From the NCBI GenBank assembly GCA_964540005.1, contig CAZILN010000275.1, positions 5,287 through 69,286 on the forward strand: a stretch of DNA of 64,000 bases, given 5' to 3'. Positions within the stretch are counted from its first letter, which is position 1; each line of letters opens with the position of its first letter. Source of the DNA: an uncultured Bacteroidaceae bacterium. Lineage in GTDB: Bacteria; Bacteroidota; Bacteroidia; Bacteroidales; SM23-62. Position numbers and translations under genes: made by a program. The notes beneath the pieces were generated by a model that saw only the letters and a list, made by a program, of their open reading frames with translations, did no database searches and was not told where the DNA came from. Shown here piece after piece: positions 1 to 9,139 of the stretch.

Positions 1-1
1 A

Positions 2-676
2 GATAAATTAGGCGGGCAATTCAATTTAGCACCTTTAACTCCACATAAAAAATCAATGGCACCATTGGTGCCATATTTTATTGAGGAGCTAATAAATAAT
101 GATATAAGCGTAATTTTTAAAGAGGCTACAGTATCAGATATAATATCTAAATATGATGGTGTGATTTTAGCAACAGGTTCTAAACTGGCTATGCCAAAGA
201 TTTCAGGATTGGATAAATTCTATGGTGCAAAAATACTTTTGGAAAAGAATCTTCCAAAAAACAAAAGAGTATTGATCATTGGGGGCGGCCTTATTGGGGT
301 TGACATAGCCACAGCATTAATTCCATTGGATAACCAGGTTATTATAGTCAAAAGAACCACCGATTTTGGAGAAGATATGGAGATGATTGCAAAGATTTTA
401 TCCTTAAAAATATTGGAGGAAAAAGGAACTATTTTTAGTGATCATACTTTTATAAAGAAAATTGAAGGCAAAACGATTTCAGCTGAAAGAGACGGAAAGA
501 AAATTCAATTTGAAAATATAGATGTTGTAGTGGTTTCAACAGGCATGAAAAGTTATAATCCCCTTAAAAAAGAGCTGACAGGAAAGATGCCTGTTTATGT
601 GATCGGTGATGCCAGGGATCCCGGTAATGCTCAGGATTCGATACACGGTGCTTATGAATGCGTAAAAACTTTATAA
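2..676 (+). CDS. FAD/NAD(P)-binding oxidoreductase, C-terminal part (2,4-dienoyl-CoA reductase / NADH oxidase-like flavoprotein), 5'-truncated by window edge
   Basis: Frame is open from position 2 (DKLGGQFNLAPLTPHKK...), so the ATG at 56 is internal. Dinucleotide-binding motif RVLIIGGGLIGVDIA; C-terminal VYVIGDA motif. Confidence 0.7.
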   Translation, partial: DKLGGQFNLAPLTPHKKSMAPLVPYFIEELINNDISVIFKEATVSDIISKYDGVILATGSKLAMPKISGLDKFYGAKILLEKNLPKNKRVLIIGGGLIGVDIATALIPLDNQVIIVKRTTDFGEDMEMIAKILSLKILEEKGTIFSDHTFIKKIEGKTISAERDGKKIQFENIDVVVVSTGMKSYNPLKKELTGKMPVYVIGDARDPGNAQDSIHGAYECVKTL

Positions 677-775
677 CATGAACTTTGAGCATGTAGCATC
701 AACAATTACTGCAGCAAGAAGATTTTTAATATGATTATATGAATTGATCAGGTTAAATAAATGGAGGAGTTTATT

Positions 776-1612
776 ATGCTAAAAGAAGAGCAAAGTAAAA
801 AGATTGAACTTGAGAATCAAAAAATCACCGAAAAAATGCAGCACATTAAACATCGCATTGTGGTATTTAGCGGCAAAGGAGGTGTTGGCAAAACAACGGT
901 GAGTGTGAATCTTGCATATGGATTGCATCTTCATGGCCATAAAATCGGGATTCTTGATGCAGATGTAACAGGGCCTAATGTTCCTAAAATGATAGGCATT
1001 AAGGATAAATTACATGTTCTGGAAAACAAAATTATTCCACAAGAAGGCAATGGTGTCAAGGTTGTTTCTATGGCTAATTTATTATCACCTGATCAGGCAG
1101 TTATTTGGCGGGGACCAATGCGCTCAAAATTGTTGAATCAATTCTTAGGAGATGTCGAATGGGGTAATCTGGATTATCTGGTAGCGGATTTGCCTCCTGG
1201 TACAGGTGATGAAATCCTTACCATAACTCAAAATATGAAACCGGATATGGCTATCATCGTAACCACACCTCAGGAAGTATCATTAGTAGATTCTGCCAGG
1301 GCTATCAATATGGCAAAAAAAATGAAAATCCCCAGAATAGCCCTCATAGAAAATATGTCCGGATTAGTATGTCCGCAATGCGGTTACCAGATTGATTTGT
1401 TTGGTATTGGTGGTGGTGAAAAGCAGGCTGAAGAAACAAAAATCACCTATTTAGGTGCAATACCAATTAATCTTGAGGTGCGAAAACTAGCAGATGAAGG
1501 GAAACTGGTCATTATGGAAAATGAGGAAGCTGATATATCTATCACGATTTTTCAAATTGTCAGGGAAATCGAAGATCTGTGCAATGAAAACAGAAAAACT
1601 TTAATGTCTTAA
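776..1612 (+). CDS. mrp: Mrp/NBP35 (ApbC) family iron-sulfur cluster carrier ATPase
   Basis: Deviant Walker A FSGKGGVGKTT, DLPPGTGD, CPQCG cysteine pair. GGAGG at 763-767 lies 8 nt upstream of ATG 776 (ORF-track start 761 is the alternative). Confidence 0.9.
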   Translation: MLKEEQSKKIELENQKITEKMQHIKHRIVVFSGKGGVGKTTVSVNLAYGLHLHGHKIGILDADVTGPNVPKMIGIKDKLHVLENKIIPQEGNGVKVVSMANLLSPDQAVIWRGPMRSKLLNQFLGDVEWGNLDYLVADLPPGTGDEILTITQNMKPDMAIIVTTPQEVSLVDSARAINMAKKMKIPRIALIENMSGLVCPQCGYQIDLFGIGGGEKQAEETKITYLGAIPINLEVRKLADEGKLVIMENEEADISITIFQIVREIEDLCNENRKTLMS

Positions 1613-1639
1613 GTAGTAGAAATATAATAGTAAAACACC

Positions 1640-3214
1640 ATGAAAATCAGTCATGTAAATGAAATGAGGGATATGGATCGCAGAGCCATAGAAGAATATG
1701 GTATTGGCCAGGATATTCTCATGGAAAATGCTGGTCAGGCTGCTTATTTTACTATTTTGAAAGAGTTTGGAATCAAAAATAAAACCTTTGTGACCTTTTG
1801 TGGCGTTGGCCATAATGGCGGCGACGGATTAGTGGTGGCAAGGAAAATTTATTCCAATGGCGGCAAAGTAACCGTTTTTATTTTGGGTGACCACTCTAAA
1901 TTCCAGGGTGCGGCAAAACAAAATTTCAACACCGTCAATAAACTGCAAATTAATGTAATAGATTTGCACGATGTTTCATTGGCATTAGAAACAATAAATA
2001 GGGCTGATGCCGTTATCGATGCTATTTTCGGAACAGGCCTTGATCGGGCAGTAAAAGGCATATATGAAGATGTTGTTCGTGTGATCAACGCAAGCCAGAA
2101 AATTGTATTCAGTATTGATATCCCCTCTGGCATTCATGGAGATACTGGACAAATAATGGGTACAGCGGTGAAGGCAGATTATACAACCACTTTTGGTTTA
2201 CCAAAAATAGGCAACCTGCTTTACCCCGGATTTGAAATGGGAGGTAAATTGTATGTCACACATATCTCTTTTCCACCCGTTATGCAGGATTCAAATCACC
2301 TGAAAATTGCCACAAATGATCCTGCACCTCTTCATGCAAGAAGTAAAGATACCCACAAGGGTGACTATGGAAAAGTATTATTCATTGCCGGATCATCCAA
2401 TTATCTAGGGGCACCCTATTTTGCCGCTCAATCATTTTTAAAAGCCGGGGGTGGTCTCTCTTTTTTAGCAACACCCGGGAATGTTGCATCCTTTATTGGA
2501 AACAAGGGGAGTGAAATCGTTCTTAGACCCCTAAAAAGCACACCTTCAGGCAGTATCAGTCTTGACAATAAACAGGAAATTTTACAATTTTCCGAATATG
2601 TAGATATGGTAGTCATTGGGCCAGGATTATCTACGAATAGCGAAACAATGACCCTGGTAAGAGAGCTATGTGTTGAGATTAGAAAGCCATTGCTTATTGA
2701 CGGAGATGGGATAACTGCTGTTGCCGATGACTGGGGATGCATTAAAAAACGAGAAGCTCCCACCATTATAACACCGCACATGGGCGAAATGGCAAGAATT
2801 GCCAAACAAAGCATTGGAGATGTTTCAAATAATAAAATCGATGTTTTGCAAAGAAAAGCGCAGGAACTCAATGCCACAATTGTCTTAAAAGGGGCGCATT
2901 CATTGATTGGTTATTCGGATAAAAATGTGTTTATCAATCTCAGCGGTAATCCTGGTATGGCAACTGCCGGCAGCGGTGATGTTTTAACCGGGACCATCGC
3001 TGCTATGTTCGGACTTGGATTTTCTATGAACGATGCGGTGCGTATGGGGGTTTTTCTACATGGTTTTGCAGGTGATCTTGCAGCTAAGGATAAAGGAGAA
3101 GATGGTATCATCGCCAGTGATATTATGGATCAGCTACCTGTGTCGATGAAAGCTTACCGTGAAGAGTTTAATTCGATCACAGAGGATTACTATCATACTA
3201 TTGATACTGTTTAA
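1640..3214 (+). CDS. nnr: Bifunctional NAD(P)H-hydrate repair enzyme Nnr (epimerase + ADP-dependent dehydratase)
   Basis: 524 aa. N-terminal YjeF_N signature GVGHNGGDGLVVAR; C-terminal carbohydrate-kinase part with GPGLS and GSGDVLTG. Confidence 0.9.
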   Translation: MKISHVNEMRDMDRRAIEEYGIGQDILMENAGQAAYFTILKEFGIKNKTFVTFCGVGHNGGDGLVVARKIYSNGGKVTVFILGDHSKFQGAAKQNFNTVNKLQINVIDLHDVSLALETINRADAVIDAIFGTGLDRAVKGIYEDVVRVINASQKIVFSIDIPSGIHGDTGQIMGTAVKADYTTTFGLPKIGNLLYPGFEMGGKLYVTHISFPPVMQDSNHLKIATNDPAPLHARSKDTHKGDYGKVLFIAGSSNYLGAPYFAAQSFLKAGGGLSFLATPGNVASFIGNKGSEIVLRPLKSTPSGSISLDNKQEILQFSEYVDMVVIGPGLSTNSETMTLVRELCVEIRKPLLIDGDGITAVADDWGCIKKREAPTIITPHMGEMARIAKQSIGDVSNNKIDVLQRKAQELNATIVLKGAHSLIGYSDKNVFINLSGNPGMATAGSGDVLTGTIAAMFGLGFSMNDAVRMGVFLHGFAGDLAAKDKGEDGIIASDIMDQLPVSMKAYREEFNSITEDYYHTIDTV

Positions 3215-3230
3215 ATGCAAATCTATAGTA

Positions 3231-3499
3231 TATGAAACTATAAAAACCGGGATCAACTGGCTTGATGATATCATCCCGAATGGATTATCATTGAAATTAA
3301 CAACGATCATTACCGGACCGGGTGGTTCGGGTAAACCGCTCATTGGGGAAGCGTTTATTACTGCATGGTTAAAAAAGGTGGAAGTATTCTTTTTATGTCA
3401 CTTCAATACCCATTTACGGAATTTCTAACTGAAAGTGTAAAGAGTATTACCAGATTAGATATTAATGGTTATAAAGAAAAAAATAAATTTCATGTATAA
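3231..3499 (+). pseudogene. KaiC/RecA-superfamily ATPase remnant (no start codon, frameshift in A-run, 3'-truncated)
   Basis: ETIKTGINWLDDIIPNGLSLKLTTIITGPGGSGKPLIGEAFITAWLKK matches KaiC-like N-termini (TGI..LD...GG.P.G....I.G.PG.GK). After the A6 run at 3371-3376 the sensible continuation GGSILFMSLQYPFTEFLTESVKSIT is in the next frame. There is no ATG/GTG/TTG between the nnr stop and the domain. Only about 88 codons remain of an expected 230 or so. Confidence 0.5.
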
Positions 3500-4178
3500 A
3501 TATCTTTTCGGACCGGTGCCATCACGACGGTTTGGAATGTCTTTCGGAGTAGATCTGGTTCCTAAGAAAGTCTGCTCACTCAACTGTGTATATTGTGAAG
3601 TGGGCCACACTACAAAATTAACGACTGAAAGAAGAGAATACATTCTCTATGACAAAGTAACAAGTGAGCTGGAACACTATTTTACAAACAATCCTAATCC
3701 TGATTATATTACGTTTTCAGGCTCCGGCGAGCCAACCCTCAACTCAAGAATAGGTGATGTTTCAAAACTTATAAAACAAGAAAAACCTTATATTCCAGTT
3801 GCTGTTTTAACCAATGGGGCGCTGCTTTACGATAAAAGAGTTCGTAATGAATTAATGGATGCAAATGTTGTCCTTCCGTCGCTTGATGCTGCTACGGGGA
3901 TTACATTCCAAAAAATTGTTGACTATTGGAACCTTAATAATGTTGAAATCATTGCAGCAGCACCCGAAAGGAAAAATATTCAATCATACCGAAAGGATGC
4001 TGAAAGTGCAATTTTAGGTACAATTACAAGAAGGCCATGTACTGTTGATGACCTAGTAAAAATACTAGGATTGCATATTAATGAAATAAATAAATACCTG
4101 GATGTATTGGAAGCAGAAGGTAACATTGAACCGGTTCGTAAGGAACGAGGGCTGTTTTATAAAATAAAGTATAAATGA
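3492..4178 (+). CDS. Radical SAM protein (GPVPSRRxG N-terminus family), apparently shorter than family members
   Basis: MYKYLFGPVPSRRFGMSFGVDL then CSLNCVYCEVG (CxxxCxxC). C-terminal winged-helix-like tail ...RRPCTVDDLVKILG...EGNIEPVRKERGLFYKIK. ATG 3465 is an alternative start. Confidence 0.75.
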   Translation: MYKYLFGPVPSRRFGMSFGVDLVPKKVCSLNCVYCEVGHTTKLTTERREYILYDKVTSELEHYFTNNPNPDYITFSGSGEPTLNSRIGDVSKLIKQEKPYIPVAVLTNGALLYDKRVRNELMDANVVLPSLDAATGITFQKIVDYWNLNNVEIIAAAPERKNIQSYRKDAESAILGTITRRPCTVDDLVKILGLHINEINKYLDVLEAEGNIEPVRKERGLFYKIKYK

Positions 4179-4200
4179 TTTCATCTGTAAAATCGGCAAA

Positions 4201-5292
4201 ATGAAAAAAATCGGCTTAATAGTAAATCCCATTGCAGGAATGGGAGGCAGTGTGGGATTAAAAGGGACTGATGGAGAAATATATAAAAAAGCCATAGAGT
4301 TGGGTGCAATACCGACAACACCTCAAAGAATTGAAGAAACACTTTCTTTGATTAAAAGGGATGACGTTTATTTTATGGTTGCTCCAGGGAAAATGGGTCA
4401 AGACTACATAACGAAATTTGATTTCAAATATGAAGTGGTATCTAAAATTGGTGAAGAAACAAATGCAACAGATACCAAAAGGATTGTTCAAGAGATGCTC
4501 GAGAAAAACATTGAACTCCTGATTTTTGTAGGTGGAGATGGTACTGCAAGGGACATATACGATGTATTAGCTTTGAAAATCCCTGTTGTGGGTATTCCAT
4601 CGGGGGTTAAAATGTTCAGTCCTGTTTTTGCACTTTCACCTTCAGCAGCCGCTGAAATAATTAATACAGTAAAAAATCAATTTATAGAAAAAGAGGTACT
4701 TGATATTGATGAGGAAGCCTTTAGGGAAAATAAAATCGCAGCAAAATTATATGGCTTCCTGAAAGTGCCTAAAAAAACATCACTTCTCCAGGCGAAAAAG
4801 GAACCCTCAAATGTAAGCAAGTCCGAGGAATATATGAAAGAAGAAATTGCGGATGACCTTATGGAAAAACTGGAAAAGAAAACACTTTATATTTTGGGCC
4901 CTGGAACTACTTTAGTATCAATTTCTAATAAAATGGGAGTGGAAAAAACCTTATTGGGTATAGATGCTGTTTTCGATGGAAGATTGGTTGGAAAAGACTT
5001 GAATGAAGAAGGACTATTAGCGCTAATAAAGAAGTATAATAAATCAACAATTATCGTTACACCCATCGGTGGAAATGGATTTATATTCGGAAGGGCCAGC
5101 AAACAATTTACACCTGAAGTTTTGAGATTGATAGGAAAAGAAAACATCGTTGTTGTTGCAACCGAAGATAAAATCAATAAGTTGGAGTGTTTAAGGATTG
5201 ATACAGGTAGTATTGAAGTAGATAAAATTTTGAGTGGATTTATAAAAGTAATCACTGCCTATAAAAAAGAAACAATTATTGAAGTAAGATGA
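4201..5292 (+). CDS. ATP-NAD kinase family protein (COG3199-type predicted polyphosphate/ATP NAD kinase)
   Basis: 363 aa. N-terminal IGLIVNPIAGMGG and the diacylglycerol/NAD kinase motif FVGGDGTARD. Confidence 0.75.
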   Translation: MKKIGLIVNPIAGMGGSVGLKGTDGEIYKKAIELGAIPTTPQRIEETLSLIKRDDVYFMVAPGKMGQDYITKFDFKYEVVSKIGEETNATDTKRIVQEMLEKNIELLIFVGGDGTARDIYDVLALKIPVVGIPSGVKMFSPVFALSPSAAAEIINTVKNQFIEKEVLDIDEEAFRENKIAAKLYGFLKVPKKTSLLQAKKEPSNVSKSEEYMKEEIADDLMEKLEKKTLYILGPGTTLVSISNKMGVEKTLLGIDAVFDGRLVGKDLNEEGLLALIKKYNKSTIIVTPIGGNGFIFGRASKQFTPEVLRLIGKENIVVVATEDKINKLECLRIDTGSIEVDKILSGFIKVITAYKKETIIEVR

Positions 5293-6263
5293 CAATTAAT
5301 ATGCATATGAACGAGAATCCATATTTACCTGCTAAAATCATAAGAGATGCAGCGGTAAAAGGGATGGAAAATGTTAACCGATATTCCGAAATAAAATATT
5401 TGAGTGAATTAAAACACCTTATTGGCAACTATAGTGGTATGCCATTGGAACAAATAGTTTTGAGTCCGGGTTCTGATTTTCTTTTACGGGAGGCAATCAA
5501 TGTTTTCTCAAAAGACAGAAAAATTATTATGGTGAACCCCTCATTTTTCGCGATTTCTGAGTATGCCATGAAACTTGCGCATAAGCTTACCAAAATTCAA
5601 CTTTCTCCACCAGGTTTCAAACTGGATCCTGAACTTATTTTAGATGAACTGGATGAACCAACGCTCTTAATCATTGACAATCCGAATAACCCAACAGGAG
5701 CAATTCTTTTGGATAATGAATTGGTGGAAAATATTCTTCGAAATAAAAATGTATTGCTACTGATAGATGAGGCATATTATGAATTTTCAGGGCAAACATT
5801 TGCAGGCCTGATTAAAAAGTATCCAAACCTGGCAATTACAAGAACGATGGATAAAGCATTTTCCTTAGCCGGGCTTCGATTAGGGTATCTTTTGGCAGGC
5901 GATTATTTTAAAGATCAGTTTTCCGATTTCCCAACATTTTTATCCAGGCCAACACTGTTAGCCGCCATAGAAGCCTTAAAAAACCCCGAATATTTATCCC
6001 AAAACATTAAAAAAATAATGCGTGAAAAAGCACGAATAGAAGAAGAACTAAAAAAAGCGGGGATTGAAGTATTCACTGGTCAAGCAAATTTCATTTTAAT
6101 AAAAAGTAAGGTTCCGGACTTTGCAAGAAAATTAATGGACTCTGGAATTATAATAAAAGATTTATCTGAAGAATGGCTAAATGGTTTTTATAGAGTTTCA
6201 ATAGGCCTTCCTAAGGAAAACGATGCTTTATTATCCATCATTAAAATAACTAATCATGCCTAA
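5289..6263 (+). CDS. Class I/II PLP-dependent aminotransferase, histidinol-phosphate aminotransferase (HisC)-like
   Basis: NENPY near the N-terminus, NPNNPTG, DEAYYEF, K-containing segment DKAFSLAGLRLGY. ATGA overlap with the upstream gene. Confidence 0.75.
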   Translation: MTINMHMNENPYLPAKIIRDAAVKGMENVNRYSEIKYLSELKHLIGNYSGMPLEQIVLSPGSDFLLREAINVFSKDRKIIMVNPSFFAISEYAMKLAHKLTKIQLSPPGFKLDPELILDELDEPTLLIIDNPNNPTGAILLDNELVENILRNKNVLLLIDEAYYEFSGQTFAGLIKKYPNLAITRTMDKAFSLAGLRLGYLLAGDYFKDQFSDFPTFLSRPTLLAAIEALKNPEYLSQNIKKIMREKARIEEELKKAGIEVFTGQANFILIKSKVPDFARKLMDSGIIIKDLSEEWLNGFYRVSIGLPKENDALLSIIKITNHA

Positions 6264-6888
6264 AACAGGACCTTTTGATAATTATTCCGATGAATATGAA
6301 GATTGGTTTATTATCAATAAATATGCTTTTCAGTCGGAGTTGAATGCCATTAAAAAAGCTATCCCGGATAATGGAGCTGTTGTTGAAATTGGCATTGGAA
6401 GTGGGATTTTTGCCGCACCATTGGGGATTAAGGAAGGAATAGAACCTTCAGAAGCCATGCGTGAGAAAGCAAAAAAAAGGGGTGTCAGTGTTATGGATGC
6501 TGTTGCTGAAAACCTACCTTACGCCGAACAAAGTAAAGATGTTGTTTTAATGGTTACGACGATATGTTTTGTTGATGATATTTATAAATCATTTCAGGAG
6601 GTACATCGTATTTTAAAAGATGATGGGCATTTCATTATTGGATATGTGGATAAAAACAGCCCGATTGGTAAATTTTATTTAGAACAAAAAGACGAAAACG
6701 TTTTTTATAAAGACGCTATATTTTTTGGGACAGAAGAATTATACAAAATATTAAAGGAGACTGGATTTAAAATTAATAATACATATCAAACTGTTTTCGG
6801 AAATATTAATGAAATAAATAAAGTACAAAATGTATTGGTTGGTTATGGACAAGGTAGTTTTGTTGTAATACAGGCACAAAAAAAATAA
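6256..6888 (+). CDS. Class I SAM-dependent methyltransferase
   Basis: Motif I VVEIGIGSGIFA, acidic loop and post-I/II pattern of Methyltransf_11-type enzymes. 8-nt overlap with the upstream gene. Confidence 0.8.
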   Translation: MPKTGPFDNYSDEYEDWFIINKYAFQSELNAIKKAIPDNGAVVEIGIGSGIFAAPLGIKEGIEPSEAMREKAKKRGVSVMDAVAENLPYAEQSKDVVLMVTTICFVDDIYKSFQEVHRILKDDGHFIIGYVDKNSPIGKFYLEQKDENVFYKDAIFFGTEELYKILKETGFKINNTYQTVFGNINEINKVQNVLVGYGQGSFVVIQAQKK

Positions 6889-6967
6889 TGTCATAAATAT
6901 TTCAGCTCGAGAGTTTAAGATGCAAACGATAGTATAGCTTGGTATTTAAGTTACAAAGGGCATAACA

Positions 6968-7263
6968 ATGTATTTTATTATTGATTTCTTGAAAAATTTA
7001 GATCCTGTTATACAGGCTCTGTTTGCAACATGCTTTACATGGTTTGTTACCGCACTTGGCGCTGCTACAGTTTTTATACCAAAACAAACAAGCAGGAAAT
7101 TACTTGACAGTATGCTTTGGGTTTTGCAGCAGGGGCTATGATTTTTGTAGTTGTAGAGGACGTAATTCCTGAATCGCAAAGTAATGGCAATGTTGATATA
7201 GCCACTATGGGGGCGATGGCAGGGTTTGCATTAATGATGGTACTTGATGTCGCATTTGGATAA
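6968..7263 (+). pseudogene. ZIP (ZupT/GufA-like) metal transporter remnant with the central two-thirds deleted and a frame change
   Basis: N-terminal 50 codons MYFIIDFLKNLDPVIQALFATCFTWFVTALGAATVFIPKQTSRKLLDS.. (frame 2). These join directly, in frame 1, to the family C-terminus YALGFAAGAMIFVVVEDVIPESQSNGNVDIATMGAMAGFALMMVLDVAFG*. Frame 2 hits TGA at 7139-7141. Confidence 0.6.
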
Positions 7264-7284
7264 AAATTTAATCTAGATCATCAA

Positions 7285-8307
7285 ATGAAAGCATGGATTC
7301 TTGAAAAACAAGCACCAATTGAAAGTAAGCCACTTGTGTTGAAAGAGCTTCCTGATCCTCATCCGGATCTATACGAAATAAGAATAAGAAATATTGCCTG
7401 TGGAGTATGCCGCACAGATATTCATGTGGCTGAGGGCGATTTACCTCTGAAAAAGCCACCGCTTATTTTAGGTCATGAAGTCACGGGTATTGTGGACAAA
7501 ATCGGCAAAAGGGTGAGCAATTTTAAAATTGGAGACAGAGCAGGAATAACCTGGCTTAACAGTACGTGTGGTAAGTGTAAATTTTGTCTTTCAAACAGAG
7601 AAAATTTGTGTTCAAATGCACATTTCACCGGCTGGGATGTGGATGGTGGTTATGCTGAGTATAGTGTTGTTTCTGCTGATTTTGCTTATCATCTTAATGA
7701 AAAACACGCCTTTGTTGAAATGGCGCCACTGATGTGCCCCGGTGTTGCAGGCTATCGTGCATTCCGATTGACAGAGTTGAAGTCAGGCGATAAATTGGGG
7801 CTTTACGGTTTTGGCCCTACAGCCACTTATGTGCTGCAAGTGGCTAAACATAAGGGCATTGAAGTTTATATAATTACCCGCAGTGATAAAAACAAGATGT
7901 TGGCAAAACAACTGGGTGCTGATTGGGTTGGTGGATACGACGACAAAATTCCTGAAATGTTGGATGGGAGCATCATTTTTCCGCCGGCTGGCAATTTGGT
8001 ATCACACGCATTATCACAGTTGGACAATGGTGGCAGGCTTGTATTGGGCCCTGTAACAATGACACCCATTGAAATTAAAGACTATAATCTTATCTGGCAG
8101 GAACGGTCCGTTACAAGTTTAGCACATATCACCAGGAAAGATTGCCTTGAGTTTCTACACATAGCAAATAAAATAGATCTGAAAGCATCGATTGATGTTT
8201 TCCCATTTGAAGATTTACCTGAAGCATTAATCCGGGTAAAACATGGGAAAGTGAATGGCAATGCTGTAATACAAATTGCAGAAGATGAAACAACCCAGTC
8301 TGTTTAG
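7285..8307 (+). CDS. Zinc-dependent alcohol dehydrogenase (MDR family)
   Basis: GVCRTDIH, GHEVTGIV catalytic Zn motif, structural Zn cysteines CGKCKFCLSNRENLC, GLYGFGPTA nucleotide fold. Confidence 0.85.
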   Translation: MKAWILEKQAPIESKPLVLKELPDPHPDLYEIRIRNIACGVCRTDIHVAEGDLPLKKPPLILGHEVTGIVDKIGKRVSNFKIGDRAGITWLNSTCGKCKFCLSNRENLCSNAHFTGWDVDGGYAEYSVVSADFAYHLNEKHAFVEMAPLMCPGVAGYRAFRLTELKSGDKLGLYGFGPTATYVLQVAKHKGIEVYIITRSDKNKMLAKQLGADWVGGYDDKIPEMLDGSIIFPPAGNLVSHALSQLDNGGRLVLGPVTMTPIEIKDYNLIWQERSVTSLAHITRKDCLEFLHIANKIDLKASIDVFPFEDLPEALIRVKHGKVNGNAVIQIAEDETTQSV

Positions 8308-9082
8308 TAACCAGGAAAAACAAAAGGCACTTGAGGTTCTTAACTATCAAATAAGGAGTTGTGAAAGATGCAGTTTATCTGTTACCCGAAAACATGCACT
8401 TACCGGTGAAGGAAATATTGATGCCCGAATCATGTTTGTTGCGCTTTCGCCTGGAGTAAAAGAAGATTTGACTAATCAAATGTTTATAGGTCCTTCCGGA
8501 CAGGTTTTTAATAGATTGTTACTTGCTGCCGGGATTGAGAGAGATTTGGTTTTTATGACCAATCTGGTAAAATGTATGTTGCCGAAGAACCGAAAACCCA
8601 AAACGAGTGAAATCGAATTATGTAGTCAATTTCTGGACGAAGAAATTTCAATTATTCAACCTGAAGTCATCGTCCCTTTAGGTTATTATGCCGCACGAAC
8701 GATTCTGCAAAAATATCATGCTAATCTGTTGGAAACACAGAGGGATATTACAAAAATAGCATTTGGTAAATTGCTGTTTTTAGAGGGCTATAAAATATTT
8801 CCTTTACCCCATCCTGCATCACTTTTATATAATCCGTCGTATGAACCCGATACCAAAGAGAAATACAAAAAATTACAAATCCTTTTACATGATTGCAAAT
8901 GGTTCCCGGTATGTCCTTTAAAACGTTTTTATGAAACAGGCATGTTGGAAAGAAAATGGATCAAGTTATACTGCAAGGGGGATTGGATAAATTGTGTGCG
9001 ATACGAAATGGAAGAGCTGGGAAATTATCACCCCGACTGGATGCTCCCGGATGGCAGTATGGATGAAAAATTGAAAGAATAA
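8276..9082 (+). CDS. Family 4 uracil-DNA glycosylase fused to a C-terminal cysteine-rich domain
   Basis: CERCSL, GEGNIDARIMFVALSPGVKED...FIGPSGQVFNRLL, LVKCMLP, HPASLLYNP (family-4 UDG blocks). The last 70 aa or so are CKWFPVCPLKRFYETG...YCKGDWINCVRYEME. ATG 8285 is an alternative start. The 5' end overlaps the ADH stop. Confidence 0.8.
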   Translation: MQKMKQPSLFSNQEKQKALEVLNYQIRSCERCSLSVTRKHALTGEGNIDARIMFVALSPGVKEDLTNQMFIGPSGQVFNRLLLAAGIERDLVFMTNLVKCMLPKNRKPKTSEIELCSQFLDEEISIIQPEVIVPLGYYAARTILQKYHANLLETQRDITKIAFGKLLFLEGYKIFPLPHPASLLYNPSYEPDTKEKYKKLQILLHDCKWFPVCPLKRFYETGMLERKWIKLYCKGDWINCVRYEMEELGNYHPDWMLPDGSMDEKLKE

Positions 9083-9139
9083 TAAATTAAATAAAGGGCA
9101 GGAAGGCTTGTTTAATGCTAATGAGTTTTCTTAAGATTA

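Noticed and set aside
2428-2877. 149-aa minus-strand ORF inside nnr (and similar ones at 1849-2133, 2911-3111)
   Set aside because: It is antisense to Nnr, which has both diagnostic domains. No motifs.
3159-3428. ORF-track start at 3159 for the KaiC-like fragment
   Set aside because: The first 24 codons overlap the end of nnr in another frame and read as nonsense (MKSLIRSQRITIILLILFKCKS). The homologous part begins only at about 3231, so the ATG is fortuitous.
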